This document shows positions 50,399-62,239 of a DNA stretch of 64,000 nt, one piece after another. The stretch is from Octopus sinensis (taxonomy: Eukaryota), in assembly GCF_006345805.1 (NCBI RefSeq), contig NC_043023.1, positions 5,642,001-5,706,000 on the forward strand. The letters are read 5' to 3'. Within the stretch, counting starts at the first letter, position 1; each line of letters begins with the position of its first letter. The translations under genes were made by a program, and so were the position numbers. Under the pieces are notes generated by a model that saw only the letters and a program-made list of their open reading frames with translations, ran no database searches and was not told the origin of the DNA.

Positions 50399-51514
50399 AC
50401 TTTTTCTATTCCTGAGCATTATATTAATACATTTGTTTGTTTTGTACACCACCTGTCTTTGTCTTTTGTTTTTACTTAAACTCTTCCTATATATATATAT
50501 ATATATATTAAAGTTTGTCTGTCATCCCTCAACTCCTCACCTTAAGGCAGTACCAGTTATTTGATTTTTCCCATCCCTACCTAATCATTTCATCCTCTCT
50601 GTCTTTCTCATACCATCCTCTTAACCCCCTCACTCCTATTGATTTGTTAAGAATTTCTTATCATCACTAACAACCAAGTACATTGCATCAACACATCTTT
50701 TTTCTCCTGTTTAGTCTCTCTCTGTATTCAGATGATCTATTTTTCCTGCTCCTGTAGACATCCTTCTTCTTCTGATGGAATAAGTTGCAAGTAACATTTA
50801 GCGCTGCACACATTAGGATTAGTTCTGCACTAAATATGTAACTATTCTTGAAACAGCTGTTAAGCACCATCTACATGTCTCTTTTTGATCAATTACAATT
50901 TGTTTTTTACCTGTGACACCGTTGATTTACTTACCAATATATCATATCAACACTATGGGCTTTTACCTCATCCTGGAGTGTACCTCTCTGCCGCTGGGCC
51001 ATTATGAGCTTTTCCTGCCCCAACTTCTTCCTGGTTTCCTGCTCTATATATGTTTATACACATTTTATCTTTTATTAGTTCCAGTCTTTGGACTGTGGCC
51101 ATGTTGGAGCAGCACCTTGGAGGTCTCAGACAAACAGATCAATCCTGGTGCTTATATTTCTTTTCTAAGTCTGGTAATTGTTTTATTGATCTTATTTTGC
51201 TGAAATGCTAAGTTACAGGGTCATAAACAAACCAATACCAGTTGTCAAGTGGTAGTGGGGAGCAAACACAAATACAGACACATGCACACACACACATACA
51301 CACAGGATAGGCTTCTTTCCATTTCTGTCCACCAAATCAACTCACAAAGGTTTGGTCAGCCCAGTGGTTTAGTAGAGGACACTTGCTCAAGGTGCTGTGC
51401 ATTGAGACCGATCCCAAGACCACAAGGTTGGGAAACAACCTTCTTATCACACAGACACAACTGGACCTATTACATATATTTATATTTCTCTTCAATGTGT
51501 TATAGAAATATAAA

Positions 51515-51845
51515 AATTTTATAATTGGTTTGATACCTACTGAGTGCCTGTTTATACTTGTGGGAAATCTAGATTACATAACCATTTTTCTTCATTTAAA
51601 TTCAGAAGAAAATAAATTCTACAAATCTAAGTAAATTCATCTGGGACTTAAAAGACTTGAACATTAACTATGATATAAAGTGGTCCATTAATTGTTACAC
51701 ATCATTGTACAATACTGGTAATTTTAAATGTGATCTTTGCATTGAAGAAACATATTATATAATTATTTCTAAATTAGAATGATGAAATTGTAGAAATAAT
51801 CTGATATTGAAATGTTCTCATAAATATAGAAAAACGTTTAATTAT
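51515..51845 (+). mobile_element. Penelope-like GIY-YIG C-terminal relic
   Basis: KSRLHNHFSSFK / STNLSKFIWDLKDLNINYDIKWSI...YNTGNFKCDLCIEE...KCSHK, with a frameshift and stops. Confidence 0.8.
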
Positions 51846-52634
51846 TTCAATACTAAATAGCCCATTAATTATAATTACTTTTCTCTTAATCTAATATGTA
51901 TAAAAATTCTAAAATGTTTTTAGCATATTTAGTTGTTGTGATGTAAATTTTATTTTTTATTCTTTCGTTATCTACTAACGTCGTCAAAAGTTAAATGCTA
52001 AACTGGTTTTTCTTAGACTAATATATTTCTTCTTAACATTCTCGATTGTATGCATTTGTCTATTAGAAATGTTTTCTTCCCTTTGAATTTAGCCAATTTT
52101 GGATTGCTTAGATAATGTTATGTTAGCATATATTTTTAGATATAATAATTTGAATGGTATTTTATCCCTTTCTTTCTGTATCTAAATATGCTGACACAAC
52201 AGAAATGCTTGTTGGTGTTGTATGGTGAAACCACCAATCAAAGCTGTGATTTTCTCGATTCTTATTCTTATACTCTGAACTTCTTGAGATTCTTCTAAAT
52301 GATATTTGGATTTACTTGTTATGCTTTGAATTTATTGGTGCCTGATTGGTTGATATAGTTAATCAAATTCGTTTAATACAGGACACTTTATGGATATCTG
52401 CCTGAATTTGTGAATCCTTTTTACTTATTATATATATATATATATATATATATACTATATATGTAATGTATATATATATATATATATATATACATACACA
52501 TACTTATACATAAGTTCATACATATATATTATATATATTATATACATACATATATACATATATATATTATATATATTCATATACATACATACATACATAT
52601 ATATATATGTATGTATGTATGTATTATATGTATG

Positions 52635-52683
<49 letters not shown>

Positions 52684-52754
52684 ATATACATACACATTTA
52701 CATACATATATCATCATCATCATCATTAATGTTTTCCCTCCATGCTGGCATATA

Positions 52755-53675
52755 TATGGAGTGAATAAGTTATTTGAGGATATACCTTTTTGGGGGATCA
52801 TTGCTGTATTCTTTGCTAACTCTGTAAAATCTTTGTTTCAGAAAATAATAATGGCAGACTCTCAGCTTACTCAAGAAATGGAGAGGCATCCTGTTATTGT
52901 GGTTGTAAAGGCTGAGCATAGTGATTTAGAAATATCTCGAGTTTTAAAAGTTGCCAGATCTCTTTTGTCTACAAAGTTTGTAAGGAGCCAAAGACTGAAG
53001 ATGGAAATGTATCCCCAATATCAAAGCATAAAAACCATTCTAAATGCTCTGAAATCATCAGAACACTTGAATTTATCCAGCAAGTTCAATAAACCATTGA
53101 TTACTATCCCAGGAAGTTCATGAGGTCAATTGCAAAAGATCTCCATGTGTCAGAAGGAACAGTCAGAAATATTGTCCACAAAGACATCACAAAGACATAT
53201 AAGTCTTCTATGATGAGGAAAGGTCAGTTTGTCAGAGAAAGCTAAAGAAAATCACTACATCAGATCTAAAAGGCTCTTAAACAAACTGAAAACAGAAGAT
53301 TTGATTTGGTTTTTCTCAAACGAGAAAAACTTCAACTAAGATCAAAAAGTTAACAGAAGCAATGACAGATGGTTATGTGCAGACCCTTCTGAAGTTCCAA
53401 GTTTTATGCATACAAAATTTCCTGCAACTGTCATGGTTTTAGGGGTTGTCAGCAATGAAGGACATGTAATGCCTCCTTACTTCTTTCCATAAGTTTCCCA
53501 GTTTCTGTCCTGGAAATAATTGTTAAACCCTGAATAGACAGTGTGTGCAATGGAAGGCCATATGTGTTTCAGTAAGACTCTGCACAATCACACATGGTTC
53601 TAGTAACACAGGAATGGCTGAAAATTTTCATGGTCACAGAACCCCTAACATTTGGCCTCCTAATTCCCCAGATTT
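52755..53675 (+). mobile_element. Degenerate maT (DD37D)-like transposase
   Basis: FSNEKNF, NDRWLC, HTKFPATVMVLGVVSNEGHVMPPYFF and WPPNSPDL motifs; many stops. Confidence 0.8.
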
Positions 53676-53689
53676 GAGAAGTAGAGTAT

Positions 53690-54297
53690 TTAGATAAAGA
53701 TAGATATGGGGTTAGCTTTATGGCATTTCGTTAGTCCCTAGTGGCCTATAACCTCTATTGAAAGTGAAGGAAGAAAAGACCTTGTAGCTAGTTGTTGAAC
53801 GCATGGGCAAAGGAGAACGGTTAAGTGCAAAGGATTGTCTCCCTTAGACCACTATCTGTAGTCAATTGGGTTTGCATGTGGGTTCCAGGACTTCAGTAGG
53901 AATTTTCTGAAGTGTAAGCATGGTCTGAAGTTTTCCATCCTGGAGTTTAAGATGTTCTCTGGGTCGAGAGAGTTCTTTAATATTCTCACCTGTTCAGCTA
54001 TGTACAGTTTGCTCTCATTGATGTAGGGGTCCAGTTTTTCTAGAATCTTCCATAAGATTACATGAGAGATCCTTTCATCCATCATATGGATAGTGGTCTA
54101 AGGGAGACAATCCTTTGTGCTTAACCCTTTTCCTTCATCAGTGCTTTCAAAAACTCTGAGGTCTTTTCTCCCTCCACTTTGAAGAGAGGTTATAGGCCAC
54201 CGGCCATTAAGGTCTGAAGAAACGCTGAAAAGCTAAGCACTTTATGGACATGAAACCCGAGTAACCCCATAGACCAGCTATAACTATCTTTATCTGA

Positions 54298-54298
<1 letters not shown>
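53690..54298 (-). mobile_element. Truncated Penelope-like element: endonuclease C-terminus between inverted pLTRs
   Basis: ILWKILEKLDPY...EQVRIL...ILNSRMENFRPCLHFRKFLL (53852-54085) flanked by inverted repeats at about 53690-53857 and 54088-54298. Confidence 0.85.
54211..54266 (+). ncRNA. Type I hammerhead motif in pLTR
   Basis: ggt CTGAAGA ...ctttatggacat GAAA cccga GTA acc; stem II partly decayed. Confidence 0.6.
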
Positions 54299-54342
<44 letters not shown>

Positions 54343-54657
54343 ATATGGCAGTAAGAAACTCTCAAGAGAGCTGAACAGCAGAAGGTCTTCAGAGAAGAAA
54401 CTCACCTTAGGCAAGTGTTTTGGCCTTTAGCTTTAGCACCAAGGGGGCCAGGCTGCATACAGGTTATGACTCCTGAATGCCCTTCTGCCAACACTTTTTA
54501 GCCACTTGGATTTCGGAGACCTGTGCATTTAAACCACATGGAGATTTCATCTAGTTGGAACTCCTCCACATTGACTCAGCTTTGATACGTACATATTATT
54601 AGATAACAAATCACATGGTTTACACCTGGTAGCTTACCAGTAAAGCATGTTCACTTG

Positions 54658-54762
54658 TAATCACCTAAAGAGACACATCTACATCAATGGATGCACCTAA
54701 ACCAGTATCCCACCCATGAGGAATTGATGCTGAATGGATCAAAACAATTGTAGGGATTAATA
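54658..54762 (+). ncRNA. Decayed hammerhead motif
   Basis: taatcac CTAAAGA ga..catcaat...attgatg..tc AAAA caatt GTA gggatta; palindromic ACAATTGT; relative at about 31790-31980 (-). Confidence 0.4.
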
Positions 54763-55080
54763 ATCATTCTCATATCTTTCATTTCTCTCATTAATCAAAG
54801 ATATATATATATATATAAATAAGGATAAGATCGTTAATTTAAGTATCGATCTTAGCAAGTGGCCAGCATAGGAATAAAAACCTTCAAAGGTAATAATTAT
54901 TATTAAAATTATAATTTAAGGTATCTAAGAGATACCTTCACGCTGGAAATAGCAGCCAAAACTTGGCTCTAAAACCACATTAAATGTTCCTACAGCACTA
55001 GGAGAGAAGACAAATAGACAAAATAAACTAGCAAAATTAACTGGATAATTCCAGATCCCGGATTTCTGTTTGCATAAGAT

Positions 55081-55140
<60 letters not shown>

Positions 55141-55340
55141 CTACAGTAACATCCACCCTTAGTGGTTAGCCACATTTAGATGGTAAAATTACTTCACATT
55201 GTCGTTCAGTTACTGTTTATACCTCGTTCAAGATTTATTATTGGCTTGGCTGTACACTTTTTTTAAGATCAGTGACGAAAATTACTGGAAAAAGGATAAA
55301 TATTTGTATTGGACCCTTCCATCGAAAACCAGTGATTGTT

Positions 55341-55383
55341 GTATGCCTGATGACGGGCCAATACCCAGAACTGCAGTCCGTAC
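55341..55383 (+). ncRNA. Decayed minimal hammerhead within a partial tandem repeat
   Basis: gtatgc CTGATGA cggg ccaata ccca GAA ctgca GTC cgtac; palindromic ACTGCAGT; GAAA altered. Confidence 0.5.
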
Positions 55384-55599
55384 GTATCACTTAGGTTGAC
55401 GAGGGAAGGATGACCTCCCTTTGCAAATACCGATCGGCACAGAAAGTGTGTCAATAGCCAGCTGGAGATGTTCTCTCTCTTGGGCAACAAGCTACAGTAA
55501 ACACCCACCTTAGTGGTTACCCTATTGTGATGACAAATATACTTCAACATTGTCGTGCTGTTACTGTCTATACCTCGTTCATATATATATATATATTAA

Positions 55600-56040
55600 T
55601 TACTGGTGAAGGCTGGTTTATAGGGTTACCCTGGGTTTCTAGCCATAAGGGGTACCTTTATAGTGTATCTTCAGACCCTATGACCTGTTGGCCAAATGGC
55701 CTCTTTAAAATATGAAGGGGGAAATGATACAGATACAAAACAATGGGGATTATCTCCCTTTGCTACTGGTCATCGGCTACTGTCTGTGTTGTCCTCCTTC
55801 AGCTATGCCCCTGTCAGCTATGAGGGTAAAAGGTAAGGGGTTATCTCCCATTCTCATCAGCAATCAATATCTAGCTGTGGTGTAATTATCGTTAATACCA
55901 CTATTACCGCTATTATGCGGTTCCCAAACACTAACAGGAATCTCCTGAAAAGCAAGCATGGTCCGAAAATCTCCATTCTGGAGTTCAGTATGGTCCCTGG
56001 TACGTGTGAGTTTTTCAGGATTTCCGTGCATTCAGCTATA
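55600..56040 (-). mobile_element. Penelope-like 3' end (ORF C-terminus plus hammerhead pLTR)
   Basis: IAECTEILKNS...ILNSRMEIFGPCLLFRRFLL, homologous to 53852-54085, followed by the hammerhead at 55620-55681. Confidence 0.8.
55620..55681 (-). ncRNA. Intact type I hammerhead ribozyme motif
   Basis: atagggt CTGAAGA tacactataaaggtaccccttatggcta GAAA cccagg GTA accctat; 7-bp perfect stem I, full core. Confidence 0.8.
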
Positions 56041-56062
56041 AATATATATATATATATATATA

Positions 56063-56604
56063 TTGGGTTGTCCGGAAAGTTCGTGCCGATTTTTGAAGGA
56101 AAGAAAAAGCTCAATAAATATTTGCCATTACATTTTAATCAACCTGTTGCACAATGCATCTCCATCTTTCCTTTAACTTGAAAATAGCCTCTTTCCCAGA
56201 ATTGAGGTAGTTTCATGGCAAAGAATTCATCAAGGTATCTTTTTACGTCATCAAGGAATTGAAATTTGTACCAAAAGACTATTCTGCAGAGACCTGAATA
56301 GCGGAAATCCGAAGGAGCATATCTTGGTGAATATGGAGGGTGGGGTAACACATCCCAGCTGAGCTGCAGCAATTTTTGTCTGGTTCCCAAAGCATCAAGT
56401 ACCGAAAATGAACTTCTTATCTTCCATTTTAAAGGTTACAGAATTAATACAGGTATAGGAACATAAACCGTCTTCCACAAAAGATAGCTTAAACTGTGCT
56501 CTAAATGGAGGTGTAGTCAAACCTATTTTATGGACTCAACCATGTTCTAAAATAGTTGAAATGTAAGCGACTATAAATTGGCACGAACTTTTCGGACAAC
56601 CCAA
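56063..56604 (-). mobile_element. Internally deleted mariner derivative (both TIRs)
   Basis: TIRs ttgggttgtccggaaagttcgtgcc / ggcacgaacttttcggacaacccaa, TA TSDs; WDVLPHPPYSP; same family as 28940-29385. Confidence 0.9.
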
Positions 56605-57092
56605 TACATATATATAATGTAATGTTCTGTGATAGAAAATTCATATTAGGGTGTGTGTTGGAATGTATATGAATGGCTGACTGCCAAAAAAGAAAACAAG
56701 CAGATTTCCAAGAATGCATAGGAACTTTTAGTTGCTCTCTATGGATTTCACCTGATGGAATTCAATTTTCTATACTCTACTTCCTGGACCAAGTACTTTC
56801 CCTCCATTTGTTACTCCTAACCTACATTCATTTACTATTTCCATCCATTCATTCATTCACATACATACATACATACCACTGGTACCAAAAAAAAAAAAAA
56901 AATTTTTTTTTGCTACCCTGGAATTTATTAATCATGACATAATGATTTTTGGCTAATTTTGGAAGAAAATCGGCATTTTTTGTATTTGCTACCGATAAAA
57001 AAACCACACTTGCATGATGGATTTTGAAAAATTATAACATGTAAACATGAGGCATGTTCTGTATTGCCTCGTCTTTATATGTTAATCTTGGC

Positions 57093-57167
57093 TTTCCTAC
57101 TGATGAGAACTTTGCCTAGCAAATTATTTTATTTGCTGAAGATACCATGAAACCATGGTACAGGAAA
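57093..57167 (+). ncRNA. Type I hammerhead motif
   Basis: tttccta CTGATGA ..tagcaaat-tatttt-atttgctg.. GAAA CCATG GTA caggaaa; palindromic ACCATGGT stem III. Confidence 0.65.
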
Positions 57168-57327
57168 TAGATGGTAAATGTTTTTATTTTTCATTCCCTT
57201 TCGAAATTACCCCTAATAATGGTGTCTGGAGTTTAACAACTCTTTCTAGCAGGTCAGATGTCCTGTTATGGCCATCTCTTATGTGTTTAAATGTATACTG
57301 TATTTATATATGTATATATATATATAT

Positions 57328-57810
57328 TGTTCTCCCAGTCAGTGTCCTGCATATCACAGGCCTTTAATGAGGACTTGACACAGTCCTTAAATCGCAGCCT
57401 TGGTTTTTGCCGGAATCTCCTTCCATTCACAAGTTCTCCATAGAGCATCTGCTTAGGAATCCTGCTATCCTTCATTCTAATAAGGTGTCCAGTCCAACGC
57501 AACTGGGAGAACAATACCTGTCATCACCACAGATGGAGGAAGCAGGTTAAGGAGGGGATTGACACCTTTGAGGGAGCACGTATCCAGCATGAAGAACTTA
57601 AGCGAGCTGTGTGAAAATGCACGGCTCGTATAGTGAATGGGGAAAGCTTGGTCTGCAATGTTTGCAGTTGTTTATGCTTGTCAAGAGCAGGGCTCATTAG
57701 CCACCAACGGAGCCACAAATGCAAAATATAAGTTAGTCCTAGAGCGCACAATGTTCCTGAAGGTCGGCAATGGTCTTCCTCGGGCACGAGTGGATGGCCA
57801 TCATCATCAT
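57328..57810. mobile_element. RTE (BovB-like) LINE 3' end with 5' inversion
   Basis: - strand: QLRWTGHLIRMKDSRIPKQMLYGEL..RLRFKD..DWE; + strand continuation: RWRKQVKEG...CNVC...SRAGLISHQRSH, then (CAT)n tail. Confidence 0.85.
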
Positions 57811-57844
57811 ATATGTTAAACCTCGCTAAGATAAATATTTCAAT

Positions 57845-57907
57845 CACCTGAAGATTGACTGTAACTTGAATTATTAAGAATTGGACAGCCATGAAACGAT
57901 CGTAGTG
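57845..57907 (+). ncRNA. Type I hammerhead ribozyme motif
   Basis: cac CTGAAGA ttgactgt...acagccat GAAA CGATC GTA gtg; palindromic ACGATCGT; intact core. Confidence 0.75.
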
Positions 57908-58031
57908 TCATACTCATTATCTTTTTTTAATAATTTTGATACATATTTAAAATAATATAAATTAATTAATCTTATGTATTGGCTTAAGTTTTTCATTGTA
58001 TGATTTGCCTAATAGTGTTTCTTTTCTCTAA

Positions 58032-58084
<53 letters not shown>

Positions 58085-58132
58085 AATACACACACATATG
58101 CATGTATATTAGTCAAAGTATACAGTATTATA

Positions 58133-58231
58133 GACCCATTACAGCTGACTTTACCAAGCAGTTTCACATATGATATAAGGTAATCAGAAGATTATGAGTA
58201 ACTGCACTCAACAGAGTTGGTCAGTATGGAC
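58133..58231 (-). ncRNA. Decayed hammerhead motif
   Basis: ..caact CTGTTGA gtgca...tatgt GAAA ctgcttg GTA aagtcag..; same family as 26437-26544. Confidence 0.5.
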
Positions 58232-58636
58232 AAAATGACAAATGCTCTCTATAACTGGAGGTGTCACATCTGGATTGTGGGTGCTGTATAATGAAATGTG
58301 CCTATTTTTTTCTTATCTGGATTCTTAGACACTATGTGTGTGTGTGTTTGTGTGTGCACACACAAGCTTATTACAACGAGACAAATATAACGACGGCATG
58401 GAATGAACGACTCGGAATCACATCTGTTTTTCTTTCTTTCTTTTTTTTTTTGCAAACTTCAGAATCAAACATTTATTGCTCTTTCGATAACAAGTAGGGA
58501 ATATTTGCATAAATTTATTTTTTTAAATTATTTAATTTATTAATTAATTTTTTAGTATATACTTTCTTTTCTTAGTTTTGTGTTTTTTTTTTCAATAATT
58601 TTAATTTACACGCACGCACACACATGTATATATATG

Positions 58637-58683
<47 letters not shown>

Positions 58684-58698
58684 GTATATATATATATG

Positions 58699-58729
<31 letters not shown>

Positions 58730-58748
58730 AAATGTATATATATAATAT

Positions 58749-58786
<38 letters not shown>

Positions 58787-59295
58787 ATATATATATATAT
58801 ATATAGTATATATATATATATATGTATATATATGTGTATGTATACATATATATACATTTATATATATATATATATATATTTTATTTTTTATCTACACCCA
58901 ACAGTGGTACACTAATGAGAAAATTGACAATAAAATATCATCAAGGGGCCAAGAGGAGAGGGTCAGAGGATGGGGTACTAGAGAGATGTCTGTGTGTATA
59001 TATGTGAATGTATATATGTATATGTGTGTGAATGTGTGTGCTTGTCTGGGTAACATAATGTTTTTGTAGCTGTGTTGTGACAGGGTAGAGTGTGTAGTGT
59101 TTGCTTAGGGCTGGGTGCAAAGTGGGTGGGGTCTGTAGGAGTATTGGGGTGTGTGAATAGTATGAACCAGCCATCCATCCACATACCTGTACTCTCACCT
59201 GTACCCCTATCCAGGCACCCCTTTGTCCTACCCCACCCTATCTATGTATGCACATTATCAATATTATCATTATTAGCATTATTATGATTATCATA

Positions 59296-60230
59296 TTGAG
59301 GTGAGTCACAACTTCTGCAATATTTGCTTGTGTGCCATTTCGTGGCTCCACGGAAGGTACCTGCTGAGGATCGTAGTATCTTGGCAGTTCGTACACAGAC
59401 AGGTGCATTGCTTTATCTTGGCAGTTGGTGTGCAGACAGGTGCATTGCTTCATTGTGTGCATTATTTGAAAAGTGCACAGATGAACGTGCAATGCAGTAT
59501 AATTCAGGAACTTATGTTTTACACATTCTAACCGCCACAATGCTACAGAAGCAGCCAAAAAGATTTGTTGTGCGAAAGGTGAAGGCGTAGTTGATCCCAG
59601 ATTGGTAACCAGGTGGTTCCAGAAATTCTACTTGGGTAGCATGAATTTCAAAAATCAGGCAAGATCATGAAGGCCTAAAACTGTGGATTCCAAGGACAGG
59701 CTCCAAGCCACGAAGGCAAATGTGATGCGGAGACCTTAGAGAGAATCAGACAAGCTCAGAATCTCACAAACGGATGCCATTATGTGATAAAAATATTGGC
59801 ATTGGTTAATAGAAAGCGAACTCTTTTGCAATGACAATTCAAGACATCATACTACTTGAACGGCCCAGAATAAACTCTAGGAACTTGATGGAATTGAACT
59901 GATGCCACAGCCAGTGTATAGTCCAGACATAGCACCAGACATGGCACACGTATCAACCTAAATCAAGGTATTACTTGTTCCAATCCATGGTTCACTTCCT
60001 AAACTCTCAATGCTCAACCAACCATGAAGAGATGGAAGCTGCAGTGAAAGAGTTTCTTGCCTCGAAGAACAAGAACTGGTATCATCGTGGGATCACAGAA
60101 CTGGCAGAAAAATAGCTTCGATTAGTGCAACATGATGGCCATTACTCTGAACACAAGCCTGCTTTTGTTGTAACTTGATGAATAAAGCAAATAAATTACC
60201 AAAATATTGCAAAACTTTTGACCCAAAACA
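59296..60230 (+). mobile_element. Old mariner relic
   Basis: Diverged TIRs (gtcacaacttctgcaatattt / aaatattgcaaaacttttgac); remnants of WFQKF, YSPD and WYHRGITELAEK. Confidence 0.65.
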
Positions 60231-60493
60231 ATAATACTGATTAGAATCTGGACATCTTTTCTTTCATCTGTTTGCATTTTGAACCATTCTAATAATTATC
60301 ATTACATCTAAATTTATTTCATTGTATATGCATGTGAACCTCTGCACATATATTATATGTATGTATATCAATATCTATAGCTATATATCTATATATATAT
60401 ATATTGGTCAGTAGTTTATATATCTGAAAAGAAGCACATACTAAAATGTTAGAGCAGTCGTATTTAGAAGGCTGTTTGTTATGGCTGATCAGA

Positions 60494-60553
60494 GAGCGAC
60501 CATTGGTTTCACACCTACAAAGCGCTTAACTCTACAGGTAACTCATCAGACAC
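60494..60553 (-). ncRNA. Type I hammerhead ribozyme motif
   Basis: gtgt CTGATGA gttacctgtagag-ttaagcg-ctttgtaggtgt GAAA ccaatg GTC gctc; intact core, GUC triplet. Confidence 0.7.
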
Positions 60554-61320
60554 AAAACCTTGATTATATATGTGTGTGCATGTGTGTGTAAATATATATA
60601 TATATGTATATGAAGAAAAGTTACATAGTATTTAAGAATGAGCTGTTAGTCAACAACGTCAATTTTTATGACAGCTATTTTTGTTTGTTTCTCTTGGAAA
60701 GTGAAATAGGGATTCAGGTGAAGGGGTCTGTAAAGAGCCCTATGAAACTGTTAGTATATGAAAATGTTAAACTATTTGTATATTTTCTTATATTTTCTTA
60801 TACAGCATGTGCTTCACTGAATAATGCATGATTTAAATCCAGTTTGTATAATCACAAGGACCATTTAAATATGTGTGTGTGTGTATGTGTGTGTGGTGTA
60901 TGTGCATATGTTTGTATATATATGTTTGTGTTTTGTGTGTGATGGGGTGGGGGATGAAACCGGGGAGGGGTGGGGGTTTGGCGAGGGGTGAGGGCAGGTG
61001 GGAGGAAGAGGGTTGGGTGGGGTTGGTGGGGGTGGGGGTTTGGCGAGGGGTGAGGGTGGGTGGGAGGAAGAGGGTTGGATGGGAGTTGGGGTTGGGGTGG
61101 ATTTGTTTTTAGGGCTTCCAAGATGCCAATTCTCTGAAAGAATGAGAATAAAAGTGTGAAATATTTGAACATCGAATAAAAACCACATGAAGAGACGCTC
61201 TTTGAACTCTCGATCAATGGCAAAATACGTTCCTAATAAATCTTCCCATGCACACACACACACACATGCACACATGCACACACACAAACATGCATATATA
61301 TATATATTTATAGGTATGCA

Positions 61321-61361
<41 letters not shown>

Positions 61362-61824
61362 TTAGTTATGCATCCATATATATGTGTACATATAAAGGTA
61401 TGTATATATGTGTGTGTGTATATCTATATATATGTAAATACGTATGTATATATACACACACACACACACACATATATATGTATATATTTATTTATATATA
61501 TATATATGTATGTATATATATTATATATAGGCACACACATGCACAAATATGCATAAATACACACACACACACGCACACATATATATAAGTATGTATGTAT
61601 ATACACTCACACACACGACACATACACATTGTTATATATATATATTTTGTACCGAATGACTGAAAGCAATTTGAAGAAGAATTGGAAAAATGTCACTTTC
61701 CATCACACTTTAATCATTATTATTATTATTATGACCATCATTATAATTATCATTATTATAATTATTATTATCATCATCAACATCAACATTATTATTATCA
61801 TTATTATTATTATTACTATTGTTA

Positions 61825-61859
<35 letters not shown>

Positions 61860-62239
61860 TTCATAAATTTTCATAACGCGACAAAAGGCCAATATTTTTC
61901 TTTCGTAAAAGGAAATGCATGTATTGTAGTGTAGTGAAGTCGATTGATTTGAACCGCAGGGTCCCAGTAAATGACTGGTACTTATATTTTAATTGATATT
62001 CATATACCCCCCTCCAACCCTATCGCATTTGTTTTAATTTATTCATTCCCATGAAATGTATGACATGGTGAAGGTGAAGTGAGTCACACTTCACCCCAGG
62101 TAGGAACTGAAGTCAGGATCCAGGGACTTAAATATGCTACATTGCCGACACCCCTCTCCTCTCCCCAGCCAAATAACCTCACCTTTATATTACAAGCCAT
62201 ATAGACCCTACCTTTAAATTCATAACGATAATAATAATA

